DNA of 64,000 nt from Candidatus Onthoplasma sp. (lineage in GTDB: Bacteria; Bacillota; Clostridia; Christensenellales; UBA1242), in assembly GCA_965646995.1 (NCBI GenBank), contig CBFGBH010000002.1, positions 75,953 through 139,952 on the forward strand. Direction: 5' to 3'. The notes under the pieces were generated by a model. That model had not been told where the DNA came from. It did no database searches and saw only the letters and a program-made list of their open reading frames with translations. The position numbers were made by a program, and so were the translations under genes. This document shows positions 17,455 through 27,693 of this stretch, piece after piece. The number at the start of each line of letters is the position of its first letter. Position 1 is the stretch's first letter.

Positions 17455-18759
17455 TTACTCCTTTATTAATTTGATTTTTTCATTGATTTCTTTTAGTGAA
17501 CGTTCTAAATAAAATTTATTTTTTAATTTTTTATCTCGCTCTTCTATTGGATTAAGTATGCCGAAATTAGCGTTAATTGGTTGAAAATTCTCGATATTAG
17601 CATTGATTAAATAATTATATAATCCACCAATAATTGTGTCGGATGAGAACGAAATTAATTCTTTGTTCTCCAAAGTGCGAACTAAATTAATCGCACAATA
17701 TAATCCACTAGCAATGCTCTCTACATATCCTTCTACTCCACTTAATTGACCTGCGATGAAAATCTTTTGATTATTCTTAAGTCGTGAGTACTTGTCCAAA
17801 CATTTAGGGAAATTTACAAAATTATTGGTGTGCATAACTCCATATCTCAAAAATTCCGCCCGTTCTAAACCTGGTATCATAGAGAAAACTCTTTTTTGCT
17901 CTGCGAAAGTAAGATTGGTCTGAAATCCTACCATATTATACATTGTAGCACAATTATTCTCTTTTCTCAACTGAACTACAGCATATGGTTTATCTTTTTT
18001 ATGCGGATTTTGTATTCCTACAGGTTTTAATGGTCCAAATCTAATGGCATCATAGCCTCGTTTTGCCATTATCTCAATAGGCATGCAACTCTCAAACACA
18101 TTTTTTTTCTCAAAATCGTGTAATTGTACTGTGTTAGCATTTATTAATTCATTATAAAATAAGTCATATTCTTCTCTATCCATAGCACAATTAAGGTAGT
18201 CAGCATCGCCTTTATTGTATCTAGATGCAAAGAAAGCTTTTGTCATATCTATAGATTCAGCAGATATTATAGGAGCAGCGGCATCATAAAAATAGAAAAA
18301 ATCTTCTCCTATAATTTCCTTTAAAGCGTCACACATTTTTTTGGTAGTCAATGGTCCTGTCGCCAGGATTGTGATAGCTTCTTTATCAAAAGACGAAATC
18401 TCTTCAGTATGTAAGACAATATTTTTGTGATTTCTTAATCTATTGGTAATATCTAGTGAAAAGCTCTCTCTATCTATAGCTAAAGCTTGACCTGCAGGTA
18501 CGCGATGATCATATGCTGCAGCTAATAAATTGCATCCTAATAGTGTAAGCTCGCGCTTGAATACACCAGATGCTGTACTCTCATCATCACTCTTAAATGA
18601 ATTGCTACATACGATTTCGGCATAATTCTTGCTATGATGTGCAGGAGTTAACTTGTCTCCTTTAATGTCAAAAAGGTGGACAAGATAACCTTTGTCCGCT
18701 AGATACAGAGCAGCCTCACTACCAGCAAGACCTGCGCCTATGATATTAATCTTTGACAT
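17455..18759 (-). CDS. trmFO: Methylenetetrahydrofolate-tRNA-(uracil-5)-methyltransferase TrmFO
   Basis: Trimmed to MSKINIIGAGLAGSEAA (FAD fold, RBS AAGGA). Overlaps the topA stop by 14 nt. topA-trmFO order as in Bacillus. Confidence 0.93.
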   Translation of the reverse strand: MSKINIIGAGLAGSEAALYLADKGYLVHLFDIKGDKLTPAHHSKNYAEIVCSNSFKSDDESTASGVFKRELTLLGCNLLAAAYDHRVPAGQALAIDRESFSLDITNRLRNHKNIVLHTEEISSFDKEAITILATGPLTTKKMCDALKEIIGEDFFYFYDAAAPIISAESIDMTKAFFASRYNKGDADYLNCAMDREEYDLFYNELINANTVQLHDFEKKNVFESCMPIEIMAKRGYDAIRFGPLKPVGIQNPHKKDKPYAVVQLRKENNCATMYNMVGFQTNLTFAEQKRVFSMIPGLERAEFLRYGVMHTNNFVNFPKCLDKYSRLKNNQKIFIAGQLSGVEGYVESIASGLYCAINLVRTLENKELISFSSDTIIGGLYNYLINANIENFQPINANFGILNPIEERDKKLKNKFYLERSLKEINEKIKLIKE

Positions 18760-20824
18760 ATGTGCATCCTTTATTATTGCAAACTGTAGAGACCTTGCCC
18801 TTTGCATTGAATTTCCTAAACAAATTAAATCCGCAATTAGGACATTTCTCAGTTAATGGTAAATCCCATGATATATAATCACATTTTGGATAATTGTCAC
18901 AGCCGAAAAATAATTTACCACGTTTTGAATACTTAGCACTGACTACTCCGGCACATTTTGGACATACTCCTACTTCACTGACTTGGTTCGTAGGTTGATT
19001 GATATTTTTGGTATTTTTGCATTGAGGGAAATTAGAGCAAGCTAAGAATTTACCAAACTTACCATCACGATACACCATCATTGAGCCACATTTATCACAT
19101 TTGATATCGCTTGGCTCTGGTGCAGATTTCGGCATAGATACGCCCATCTGCTTACTAGCATATTCTAATCGTTCATTGAATCCAACATAGAAGTGGTCTA
19201 CAATGTCCTGCCATTTGACTTTGCCTAACTCTACCTCATCAAGTTGCTGCTCCATCTCGGCTGTAAATTTCAAATCCATCTCGTGTGGGAAGTATTCTTC
19301 TAGATACTCTGTTACCATAAAACCTAATTCAGTAGGTACTAAATATCTCTTCTCAGTCTTGATATATTCACGATTGAACAAGGTCATGACTGTAGAAGCA
19401 TAAGTGGCTGGTCGACCGATACCTTGTATTTCCATCTCTTTAATAATCGTATCTTCCGCAAATCTGACAGGTGGTTTAGTGAATTTCTGTTCGGTATTGA
19501 TTTTATTCTTCTTGACGATCTCTCCTTCTACTAAAGGTGGTATATTGATGCCATTCTTATCATCGTCTTGTACCTTGTAAACTCTAGTATAGCCATCGAA
19601 TATCAATGCTCTACCACTCGAGCGGAATTTATACTCGCCGGCTAATATGTCTACAGATAGACTATCATATTGGGCATAACTCATCTGACTCGCCACAAAG
19701 CGATTAAATACAAGTGTATATAATTTGAGATACTGCTCATCAATCTTACCTTTCAAATATTCTGGTGTATATTTTAAATCAATCGGTCTAATAGCTTCGT
19801 GTGCGTCTTGAGCACTTTCTTTACTCGTAAATTCATTAAATTTGCCTGGGTGATAATCTTTACCAAATTTATCTAATATATAATCTCTAGCCATGAATTG
19901 AGCATCTGTGCTAACACGAGTCGAGTCGGTACGAATATAAGTCACTAGTGCCGTCTTGCCCTCTCCTGCTATCATTACTCCCTCGTATAGAGATTGAGCG
20001 CACTTGGTATACGAAGAAGATGTCATCTTTAGTTTTTTTATAGCGTCCTGCTGTAGCGTACTAGTAATATAAGGAGCAGGGGGCTTCGAATACGCTATCT
20101 GGCGTTTAACTTGAGATACCTTATATTCCGCATTTTCTATTATGGATAAAATTTTATCTACTTCTTCTTTATTAGAAACTTCTAATTTCTTGTCTTGAAA
20201 TTGGATTAGGTCTGCTTTGAATTTCTCTTTATCTTTCATTAATTCAGCACTAACATTCCAATACTCAACTGGTACGAAATTCTGAATAGCCTTTTCTCTA
20301 TCGACTATTAATTTCAGAGTAACTGATTGCACTCTACCGGCACTAAGCTTACCACGTATCTTTTTAGATAATAATGGACTTAGTTTATAACCCATGATTC
20401 TATCTAATACTCGTCTACCTTGCTGTGCATTCACTAAATCATAGTTAATCGGAGTAGGATGAGCTATACTCTCATTGACTACCTTCTTACTAATAGCATT
20501 GAAAGAAGTACGTACTAGAGCATCTTTATCTAGTCCTAGAATAGTAGCTAAATGCCATGCTATTGCCTCCCCCTCTCTATCCGGGTCACTCGCAAGATAT
20601 ATGGCGTCTGCTTTCTCTGCTAATTTCTTTAGTTGACTAACAATACCGCTCTTAGACGGAATAATTTCATATTCTGGTTCGTAATTGTTAGATATATCTA
20701 TACCAAAGCTCTTCTCTGGCAGGTCACGAACATGACCTTTAGTAGCAAAAACCACATATTCGGGGCCTAAATATTTCTTAATTGACTCTTGCTTACCCGG
20801 TCCTTCGATAAATACTAATTTCAT
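18746..20824 (-). CDS. topA: DNA topoisomerase I
   Basis: Toprim N-terminus, active-site YIRTDS, C-terminal CxxC zinc ribbons. Confidence 0.95.
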   Translation of the reverse strand: MKLVFIEGPGKQESIKKYLGPEYVVFATKGHVRDLPEKSFGIDISNNYEPEYEIIPSKSGIVSQLKKLAEKADAIYLASDPDREGEAIAWHLATILGLDKDALVRTSFNAISKKVVNESIAHPTPINYDLVNAQQGRRVLDRIMGYKLSPLLSKKIRGKLSAGRVQSVTLKLIVDREKAIQNFVPVEYWNVSAELMKDKEKFKADLIQFQDKKLEVSNKEEVDKILSIIENAEYKVSQVKRQIAYSKPPAPYITSTLQQDAIKKLKMTSSSYTKCAQSLYEGVMIAGEGKTALVTYIRTDSTRVSTDAQFMARDYILDKFGKDYHPGKFNEFTSKESAQDAHEAIRPIDLKYTPEYLKGKIDEQYLKLYTLVFNRFVASQMSYAQYDSLSVDILAGEYKFRSSGRALIFDGYTRVYKVQDDDKNGINIPPLVEGEIVKKNKINTEQKFTKPPVRFAEDTIIKEMEIQGIGRPATYASTVMTLFNREYIKTEKRYLVPTELGFMVTEYLEEYFPHEMDLKFTAEMEQQLDEVELGKVKWQDIVDHFYVGFNERLEYASKQMGVSMPKSAPEPSDIKCDKCGSMMVYRDGKFGKFLACSNFPQCKNTKNINQPTNQVSEVGVCPKCAGVVSAKYSKRGKLFFGCDNYPKCDYISWDLPLTEKCPNCGFNLFRKFNAKGKVSTVCNNKGCTYVKD

Positions 20825-20887
20825 TAACTTCCTACCTTTTAATTTTTATCTCTTAATGAGTTCACGAATAGAGATAAATACTAATAT

Positions 20888-21970
20888 TTAAGCCATAATA
20901 TAACTATTATTAGCTAGTTTAATGACCATACCATCCATCTCTAGACTCATCAAAATAGTATTCAACTCTTGAGCTGAGAGTTCGGTATAGTCTAGAATTT
21001 GCTGGAAAGTCTTTTTTTCAGTCTGAATATAATTTAATACAAATTGTTCTTTAATGTCAAGTTGACGAGTGATATTTTTTGTACTTTTTTCTTTAACTAA
21101 ATGTAAACTTTCTATAATATCATCTGGAGATAAAGTTATGCTTGCTTCCAGATTTTTAATCAAACGATTAGTGCCTTTACTTAATTCTGAATTAATTCTT
21201 CCCGGTATCGCAAATATCTCCCTATTAAAATCTCCTGCGAATTTGGCAGTATTTAATGTGCCACTCTTCTCTCCTGCCTCTGTCACTAATAATGCTCGCG
21301 ATAGACCTGCTATAATTCTATTCCGTATTGGAAAATAAAATGCTAGTGGTGGTGCATCTGGAGTATTCTCACTGATGATTAAATTGTTTTCTGTTAGTGT
21401 ATTTGCGAGCTTAATATTGACAGCTGGATATATATGATATAATCCGCCACCTAATACTGCAATGGTTGAAATCTCATTCTCCAATGCAGTTTTATGTGCT
21501 ATCGTGTCTATGCCTACTGCCATGCCTGAGACTATAGTTACATTCGCGTCTGCTAATTCTTTCACATATTGTTTAGTCGTAAGTATTCCATATTCGCTAG
21601 GTTTTCGAGTGCCTACTATTCCTATACAATATGTATCCAGTAACTGCACATTACCCTTACAATAAAGACATAGCGGAGGTGTAGTTATCTCTCTAAGAAT
21701 ATGCGGATATCTCGCATTATGAATGGTAATCATCTCTATATTATCTGATATAAACTTATTTATGATATTAGTTAATTTATTATCATCCAACATTGCACTC
21801 ATTTTGTCTATTTCGCTCTGAGTCAAAATGTCATGAATTTCTTTGTTCGACAAAAAAGACTTCTTGATATCTACTCCTTTTGGGAAAATATCAAGAATTT
21901 TCACTCTCTTTTGATAGGTCAGAAAATTAAATAAATCTAGCCAAATAATATTTTTATCATCTATTGTCAT
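20888..21970 (-). CDS. dprA: DNA processing protein DprA
   Basis: GIVGTRKPS and GMAVGID Rossmann-like motifs, C-terminal winged helix. Upstream of topA as in Bacillus (smf-topA). Confidence 0.9.
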   Translation of the reverse strand: MTIDDKNIIWLDLFNFLTYQKRVKILDIFPKGVDIKKSFLSNKEIHDILTQSEIDKMSAMLDDNKLTNIINKFISDNIEMITIHNARYPHILREITTPPLCLYCKGNVQLLDTYCIGIVGTRKPSEYGILTTKQYVKELADANVTIVSGMAVGIDTIAHKTALENEISTIAVLGGGLYHIYPAVNIKLANTLTENNLIISENTPDAPPLAFYFPIRNRIIAGLSRALLVTEAGEKSGTLNTAKFAGDFNREIFAIPGRINSELSKGTNRLIKNLEASITLSPDDIIESLHLVKEKSTKNITRQLDIKEQFVLNYIQTEKKTFQQILDYTELSAQELNTILMSLEMDGMVIKLANNSYIMA

Positions 21971-21971
21971 A

Positions 21972-23504
21972 CTACACCGTATATTTTTTATCCAGCGATC
22001 TATATTGAATCGCCTCCATCAGATGCTGCTTCTCTATATTCTCCGAGCCTTCTAAATCCGCTATTGTACGAGCAACCTTTAGAATTCGATTATATGCTCT
22101 AGCAGATAAATTCAATTTCTTGAATGCGGTCTCTAGTAAATCGGTGGATGCTTTATCTAATTTGCAATGATTCTTAAAATCCTTTTCTCCCATTTTCGCA
22201 TTAGAATAAATTTTGCTATCCTTAAAACGATTTAATTGTATCTCACGAGCTTTATTTACTCGTTCTTTGATTTTAATGCTAGGTTCTTCTAACTCGTATT
22301 GAGTTAGTTCTTCATAATTAATAGCATCAACTTCGATATGTAAGTCAATTCTATCCATGAGTGGTCCACTAATTTTAGAGAGATATTTATGAATTGAAGC
22401 TGGTGTACATTTACACTGATTGGTCGTACTGCCATAATAACCGCATGGACATGGGTTCATGCTAGCCACCATAATGAAATTGGCAGGATATTGTACGGTA
22501 AGTGCATTCCTAGCTACTGTAATATATCCATCCTCCATAGGTTGACGAAGGGTCTCTATAGTGTTCCTTGCATATTCAGGCATCTCATCTAAAAACAATA
22601 CTCCATTATGTGCCAAACTAATCTCTCCCGGCTTAGCCTTAAGACCACCGCCCGTCAGTGCAATAAGTGTGGCGGTATGATGCGGACTACGGAATGGTCG
22701 TTCAATTACTATTCCCTGCTTTAGATCTAATACGCCCGCTACACTATGTATTTTAGTTACTTCGAGGCTCTCTTCAAATGACAAGTCTGGTAATATAGAC
22801 GGGAAACATTTCGCAAGCATGGTCTTACCTGCTCCTGGTGGACCAATTAATATAATGTTGTGTCCGCCGGCTGCTGCTATCTCCATAGCGCGTTTGGCAC
22901 TGGCTTGACCTTTGACATAAGCAAAGTCATGTTTGAAATCATGATTTTTAAGGGCGCTCTCGAAAGTACGATTATCATTCGGCTCTATCTTAATTTCACT
23001 CTTCAAAAAGCCTACAACTTGCTTCAAGCTCTCGACTGCATAAACTTCGATTTGGTCAATGAAAGATGCCTCCATTGCATTATCTTTCGGTATTATGAAT
23101 TTATTATAGCCCATCTGTTTGGCACTGATAAGCATAGGCAGTATGCCATTTAGTTTTCTAATATCGCCATTGAGACTTAATTCGCCTAATACAACATAGT
23201 CTTTAAGTGACTTATTGCTAACTATGTCTTGAGCTACTAAGATGCCTAGTGCTATAGGCAAGTCGTACATACTGCCCTCTTTCTTGGTATCTGCAGGAGC
23301 AAGATTTATAATCACTTTATTGATAGGATAATTAAAAGTACTATTTTTAATAGCTGCCTTAACTCGAGATTTACTCTCTTTAATAGCAGTATCGGCAAGT
23401 CCTACAACATCATAGCCCGGCAAACCTGCATTGATGTCTAACTCAATACTGACTGGATAACCAGTGATTCCATTAAGACCGAATGATAAAATTTTCGCTA
23501 ACAT
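21972..23504 (-). CDS. comM: Mg-chelatase-like AAA+ protein ComM/YifB
   Basis: Lon-like N-domain, GPPGAGKTMLAK Walker A, FLDEMPE Walker B, CxC..C zinc insert. Confidence 0.9.
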   Translation of the reverse strand: MLAKILSFGLNGITGYPVSIELDINAGLPGYDVVGLADTAIKESKSRVKAAIKNSTFNYPINKVIINLAPADTKKEGSMYDLPIALGILVAQDIVSNKSLKDYVVLGELSLNGDIRKLNGILPMLISAKQMGYNKFIIPKDNAMEASFIDQIEVYAVESLKQVVGFLKSEIKIEPNDNRTFESALKNHDFKHDFAYVKGQASAKRAMEIAAAGGHNIILIGPPGAGKTMLAKCFPSILPDLSFEESLEVTKIHSVAGVLDLKQGIVIERPFRSPHHTATLIALTGGGLKAKPGEISLAHNGVLFLDEMPEYARNTIETLRQPMEDGYITVARNALTVQYPANFIMVASMNPCPCGYYGSTTNQCKCTPASIHKYLSKISGPLMDRIDLHIEVDAINYEELTQYELEEPSIKIKERVNKAREIQLNRFKDSKIYSNAKMGEKDFKNHCKLDKASTDLLETAFKKLNLSARAYNRILKVARTIADLEGSENIEKQHLMEAIQYRSLDKKYTV

Positions 23505-23604
23505 ACTACCTTCTTTTCTTCACTTTACCATATTTTACCAAAAAATGTCAATAGATTTATCAAACATTTGTTCGATAGATTATACAAAGTAGTTAATCTA
23601 AGTT

Positions 23605-23632
23605 ATGAAAAAATCCCTAATTTACGGGATTT
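23605..23632 (-). terminator. Terminator after the decayed ORF
   Basis: Stem AAAUCCC / GGGAUUU, 8-nt loop, U-run. Confidence 0.6.
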
Positions 23633-23633
23633 A

Positions 23634-23918
23634 TTATAATAATTCATCTATTAAATATTCTGCATAGAAAGATTCTAAGCCTTCTTTAGTAATAGTCCTT
23701 AATATGCGTGCATTATCAAAACAATTTAGCGAAGTAGCAAATCTTTTTATATTGTCATCATTTGATTTGCAAATTAATCAGTTAATCTAGATAAAATCCC
23801 TATTTGAGTTGCCTCATTCTTTTCTTTTAACTTATTTATAGCACTTATCATTTTCACCAGTATTAAAATAACCAAATATTTTTTAAATTATAATGTCAAT
23901 AACTTCTTTATTTTCCAT
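23634..23918 (-). pseudogene. Decayed small ORF (95 codons, five in-frame stops) that still has an RBS and terminator
   Basis: GGGGGAAAT-ATG start. Frame 1 reads MENKEVIDIII*KIFGYFNTGENDKCYK*...*...LICKSNDDNIKRFATSLNCFDNARILRTITKEGLESFYAEYLIDELL*. Start and final stop are in the same frame, with a terminator right after. Confidence 0.4.
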
Positions 23919-24002
23919 ATTTCCCCCAAAAGAATACATTAAACATTATATCAGTAAATTGCATTTTGTCGTTAGCTAAATATAAATTAATCAACAGACA
24001 AA

Positions 24003-24027
24003 CAAAAAAGACACTATCAAAAGTGTC
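24003..24027 (-). terminator. Terminator after rplS
   Basis: Stem GACACU / AGUGUC, 6-nt loop, U6 run. Confidence 0.75.
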
Positions 24028-24043
24028 CTTAATCAATCGAAAA

Positions 24044-24385
24044 TTATCTAATCTCTTTTACTTTAGCAGCTTTACCTGAGAGATTACGAATGTAATAGAT
24101 TTTAGCACGACGAACTTTACCTTTACGAACAACGATTACTTTGTCAATTCTAGGGCTGTGTAGTGGGAATGTTCTCTCTACGCCGATACCGAATGACACA
24201 CGCCTAACAGTGAAGTTCTCACGGATGCCTGAACCTTTCTTTGCAATTACTACGCCTTCGTAAGCCTGAATACGCTCTTTATCACCCTCTTTGACTTTAG
24301 CCATAACTCGTACGGTGTCCCCAATATTGAATGGAGTGATGTCGGCTCTTAATTGCTCTTTCTCGATTTGGTCGATAATGCTCAT
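24044..24385 (-). CDS. rplS: 50S ribosomal protein L19
   Basis: 113 aa. FNIGDTVRV...[14 protein letters not shown] is typical of L19. Confidence 0.95.
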   Translation of the reverse strand: MSIIDQIEKEQLRADITPFNIGDTVRVMAKVKEGDKERIQAYEGVVIAKKGSGIRENFTVRRVSFGIGVERTFPLHSPRIDKVIVVRKGKVRRAKIYYIRNLSGKAAKVKEIR

Positions 24386-24448
24386 TTTTACCTCCTAAAT
24401 TCGATGTTCTTGCATTTGGGAATGTAGCGGACCATCGACAACTCTGTT
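24386..24448 (-). promoter_or_regulatory. rplS 5' leader with hairpin (candidate L19-type autoregulatory leader)
   Basis: Stem UCGAUG / CAUCGA (24439..24434 with 24406..24401) lies between the promoter and the SD AGGAGG. Confidence 0.35.
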
Positions 24449-24477
24449 ATTATAGCACATGAAAAAAATATTTGCAA
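24449..24477 (-). promoter_or_regulatory. rplS promoter
   Basis: -35 TTGCAA (24477..24472), 17-nt spacer, -10 TATAAT (24454..24449). Confidence 0.7.
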
Positions 24478-24616
24478 GAGTTTTTATTAAAATAATTGAT
24501 ATTTAGATAGAGATTTCGCTTCTATTTACTCTCTCTACCTCTAAAATTATCCCTTGTGCGTGATGAGACTAATAGCATTGATATTTATACAAATTCTTAT
24601 TTAGCTTTTGAATTAC

Positions 24617-25126
24617 CTATTCATCGTCTGAAATATTGCTCATCATGTGCTCATATTCTATCTGTAAATATTCATTGTAAAAATTGACGAATTCAGATTT
24701 ATTTAATTCTGTAAGTCTTGCGATTATTCTATCTTTGTCAGCGTTAAAACAATCTACACCATATGCTAGAATCAATTTTGCATTGTCTGAATTTAAAATA
24801 ATATCTTCCATTTCTTTAAAATTGTTAGATAGGTCTAGACACAAAAAGCCATAGCAACACTCTGCATCAGAGGATTCTACTATTCTATCTGCTATATATT
24901 GAATATCCTTGCTAGTGAAATGATTTACATACTTGGTAAGAAAAGATAAATATACCCAAATATTATTTAATTTCTTTAACTTAAGCATAAGTCTCTTAGA
25001 TAAGCACTCACGCAACTCTATAGAATTAGAATCTAGAGCTAGTTTGTCGCATTCAAAATATAAATCTGACAAAGCCTTATCAGTAGCTAATTCTTCTATA
25101 ATATTTAATTTCGCTAATCTATACAT
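24617..25126 (-). CDS. Hypothetical protein (169 aa, helical, acidic C-terminus)
   Basis: Long ORF with RBS AAGGAG 6 nt upstream. No motif I recognise. Confidence 0.6.
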   Translation of the reverse strand: MYRLAKLNIIEELATDKALSDLYFECDKLALDSNSIELRECLSKRLMLKLKKLNNIWVYLSFLTKYVNHFTSKDIQYIADRIVESSDAECCYGFLCLDLSNNFKEMEDIILNSDNAKLILAYGVDCFNADKDRIIARLTELNKSEFVNFYNEYLQIEYEHMMSNISDDE

Positions 25127-25137
25127 ATTTTCTCCTT

Positions 25138-25488
25138 TTAAAATGCGTTCACGATATGTCTAATATCTGTATCTTCATTACTGCCCAACACTGCTATTGC
25201 ATCAAATCTACACGCATTATCTAGTAAACGATTAGATTTCAAATACATAGTGGCGACTGAGCGAATTTTCATCTGTTTTCGTTCGTCTATTGCTTCTAAA
25301 GGGTCTCCAAATGCTCGTGACATTCTAGATTTAACTTCTATAAAAACGATATAATCTCTATCTCTCGCAATAATGTCTATCTCTCCTAAATTATTTTTAT
25401 AATTAGTCGCAATTATTAAATAACCCTTTTTCTTTAAATAATTTAATGCTACGATTTCGCCTGCCTTGCCATATGTATTCTTCTGCAC
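25138..25488 (-). CDS. yraN: YraN family endonuclease-like protein (UPF0102)
   Basis: 116 aa. GEIDIIA...IVFIEVKSR core is typical of UPF0102. Follows rnhB as in many Firmicutes. Confidence 0.8.
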   Translation of the reverse strand: MQKNTYGKAGEIVALNYLKKKGYLIIATNYKNNLGEIDIIARDRDYIVFIEVKSRMSRAFGDPLEAIDERKQMKIRSVATMYLKSNRLLDNACRFDAIAVLGSNEDTDIRHIVNAF

Positions 25489-26102
25489 TCGTTTTCTCCT
25501 AAGATATTTTTCAAAAAACTTAATCTATGAATTGGTGTAACGCCATAAATTTTTATAGCTTCTAAATGCTTTTTTGTACCATAGCCAACATTATTCTCAA
25601 AGTCATAGTACGGATATTTTTTTGCTAAATCTGTCATCATCCTATCCCGATATACTTTCGCTACGATAGAAGCACAAGCAATGGCATAACTCGTAGCATC
25701 GCCCTTGATAATTGATTTTTCATTATCACATATATTTAATTTCACTGCGTCTATCAGTAATAGATGTGGTTTGATAATAAGTTTATCGAATGATTCACGC
25801 ATACTTGCTTTAGTTGCTTGTAATATATTAATATCGTCAATTACATTCTGGTCTTTGCTATTAATTGATACAGCAATAGCTTTATTCATTATCTCATTAT
25901 AGAGTCTCTCTCTATTCTTCTTAGTTACCTTTTTGCTATCAAATACTCCATCTATCATCTCGTCGTACGGCATTATGACACATGCTGTAACTACAGGGCC
26001 AGCGAGTGGACCACGACCAACTTCATCTATACCTGCTATATATTTTACTTCATCATTTAAAAATTGTCTATCAAAATCAAACAACTTACATGTATCTATC
26101 AT
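25449..26102 (-). CDS. rnhB: Ribonuclease HII
   Basis: GIDEVGRGPLAGPVV and DSKK motifs. Follows rbgA (the ylqF-rnhB pair). Confidence 0.9.
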   Translation of the reverse strand: MIDTCKLFDFDRQFLNDEVKYIAGIDEVGRGPLAGPVVTACVIMPYDEMIDGVFDSKKVTKKNRERLYNEIMNKAIAVSINSKDQNVIDDINILQATKASMRESFDKLIIKPHLLLIDAVKLNICDNEKSIIKGDATSYAIACASIVAKVYRDRMMTDLAKKYPYYDFENNVGYGTKKHLEAIKIYGVTPIHRLSFLKNILGENECRRIHMARQAKS

Positions 26103-26938
26103 ACCCGCTCCAGACAGATTTTGCCGAGTTTTCCCGAACGGAAATCAGTTAATATAATTTTTGCCACTCGTTCTATGTCAATCTCGCCACCTTTAATAAT
26201 ACAGCCTCGTTTTTTGCCTATGCGCTCTACCAGCTCTATATCATGGGTATAATTAGTAATATCTACGCTGTATTTAGTAGAAATAATATTTTTATCAATA
26301 GTGAGAAATCGATTTATTAATCGTGATGATACTTCGGCTAAGTTTAATACTTCATCTTTGACCGAGCCTACGAATGCTAGATTATAAGCCTTGTCCTCAT
26401 CATCAAAATTAGGTAGCAATATTCCTGGTGTGTCCATTACTTCTATCATAGGCTCAACCTTAATCCACTGCTTAGAGCGAGTGACTCCAGCACGATTTCC
26501 TGTGACAGCTCTACCCTTACCACAGAGATTATTAACGATTGTAGACTTACCAGAATTCGGAACACCTATAACCATAGCACGAGTGACAAAGTTAACGCCC
26601 TTATTTTGATTTTTCTTTAATCTATCAGCGAACACTTTTTTAATAGTTGCAATGATAATTTTAGCACTCCCACTCACTGTAGCATTAAGTGAAATACACT
26701 CGTGACCCTGAGAAGCAAAATATGACTTAAATCTATCAGTGTCAGCTTTTGTCACTAAATCTGCCTTAGACAACACAAAAATGATGGGTTTATCTCGCAC
26801 AACTTTCACGAACTCTGGATTAATACTGCTCAGTGGACAACGAGCATCTACTACATAAATAAAACAATCACACAGCTTACTATCTGCCTGCATTTGCTTC
26901 AATGTCTTATTCATATGACCCGGAAACCAGTTAATCAT
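26099..26938 (-). CDS. rbgA: Ribosome biogenesis GTPase A (YlqF, circularly permuted GTPase)
   Basis: MINWFPGHM start. G4-like LSKADL precedes G1 GVPNSGKST. Confidence 0.9.
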   Translation of the reverse strand: MINWFPGHMNKTLKQMQADSKLCDCFIYVVDARCPLSSINPEFVKVVRDKPIIFVLSKADLVTKADTDRFKSYFASQGHECISLNATVSGSAKIIIATIKKVFADRLKKNQNKGVNFVTRAMVIGVPNSGKSTIVNNLCGKGRAVTGNRAGVTRSKQWIKVEPMIEVMDTPGILLPNFDDEDKAYNLAFVGSVKDEVLNLAEVSSRLINRFLTIDKNIISTKYSVDITNYTHDIELVERIGKKRGCIIKGGEIDIERVAKIILTDFRSGKLGKICLERV

Positions 26939-26944
26939 ATGATT

Positions 26945-26972
26945 ATTATACCATAAATAGTTTATAACTCAA
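26945..26972 (-). promoter_or_regulatory. Promoter positioned for a leaderless rbgA transcript
   Basis: -35 TTGAGT (26972..26967), 16-nt spacer, TGG-TATAAT (26950..26945), 6 nt (AATCAT), then ATG at 26938. No SD. Confidence 0.6.
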
Positions 26973-27066
26973 AATAAATTAATGTATTTTATCTCGCTAG
27001 TTAAATTTCTACATTACCTTATAAATTCTTATGATGAAATATATCTTTCTATACAAAATTAGAGTA

Positions 27067-27095
27067 TTGACAGAGCAATAACTATATGATATTAT
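27067..27095 (+). promoter_or_regulatory. Promoter of the 27121 orphan gene
   Basis: -35 TTGACA, 17-nt spacer, TGA-TATTAT. RBS AAAGGAG follows. Confidence 0.7.
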
Positions 27096-27120
27096 ATCTT
27101 TAGCAAAAGGAGAATTTATT

Positions 27121-27693
27121 ATGGCAGAAGTTAAAAGTTGGCTAGAAAATATTAGCGATGAAGAAATTTATGATATGTTTACTAAGCAAAAATGGGACCC
27201 ACATTGTGCATTAATCGAAGAGTATCATAGTGAATATATAGATAGTTTGAAAAGATTTACGAATTCGGACGGTTCTCAATCTATATTTATCAATGCACAT
27301 CAAGATAAATTAGAAATATATGTAATAATAACTGAATATGGAGTTCTTAAGTTTACTAGTCATTATTTAGATCCGTTTAATAACGAATACTGTCCTGTGA
27401 CATTTAATCATCATCAAGATATGATTAATAAAATATTATACAAGCGAGTTAATGGTATAAATGAATATAATCCGTCTGGATATGACTACTCACTACTCTT
27501 TCAAGAACGAATTGCCGAAATTAATAAGGATAATACAAAAAATGGTTTAACTTATTACGAAGACCTATATCATCACATGAAAGAATATGTAGAAAAAGTA
27601 TTTAATGATAAAATAAAAAAGTACAAAAAAGAGGCAGAAGAAGTACTGCAAGATTACGAAGAATTAAAAGCAGAACATAGCATTGATGACTAA
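27121..27693 (+). CDS. Hypothetical protein (190 aa, Tyr/His/Glu-rich)
   Basis: Own promoter, RBS and terminator. Opposite strand to all neighbours. No recognisable motif. Confidence 0.7.
   Translation: MAEVKSWLENISDEEIYDMFTKQKWDPHCALIEEYHSEYIDSLKRFTNSDGSQSIFINAHQDKLEIYVIITEYGVLKFTSHYLDPFNNEYCPVTFNHHQDMINKILYKRVNGINEYNPSGYDYSLLFQERIAEINKDNTKNGLTYYEDLYHHMKEYVEKVFNDKIKKYKKEAEEVLQDYEELKAEHSIDD

Noticed and set aside
23634-23918. In-frame TAA/TGA/TAG stops in the decayed ORF as evidence for stop-codon reassignment
   Set aside because: All three stop codons interrupt it, and about 75 other genes in the window are intact under the standard code. Pseudogenisation is the simpler explanation.
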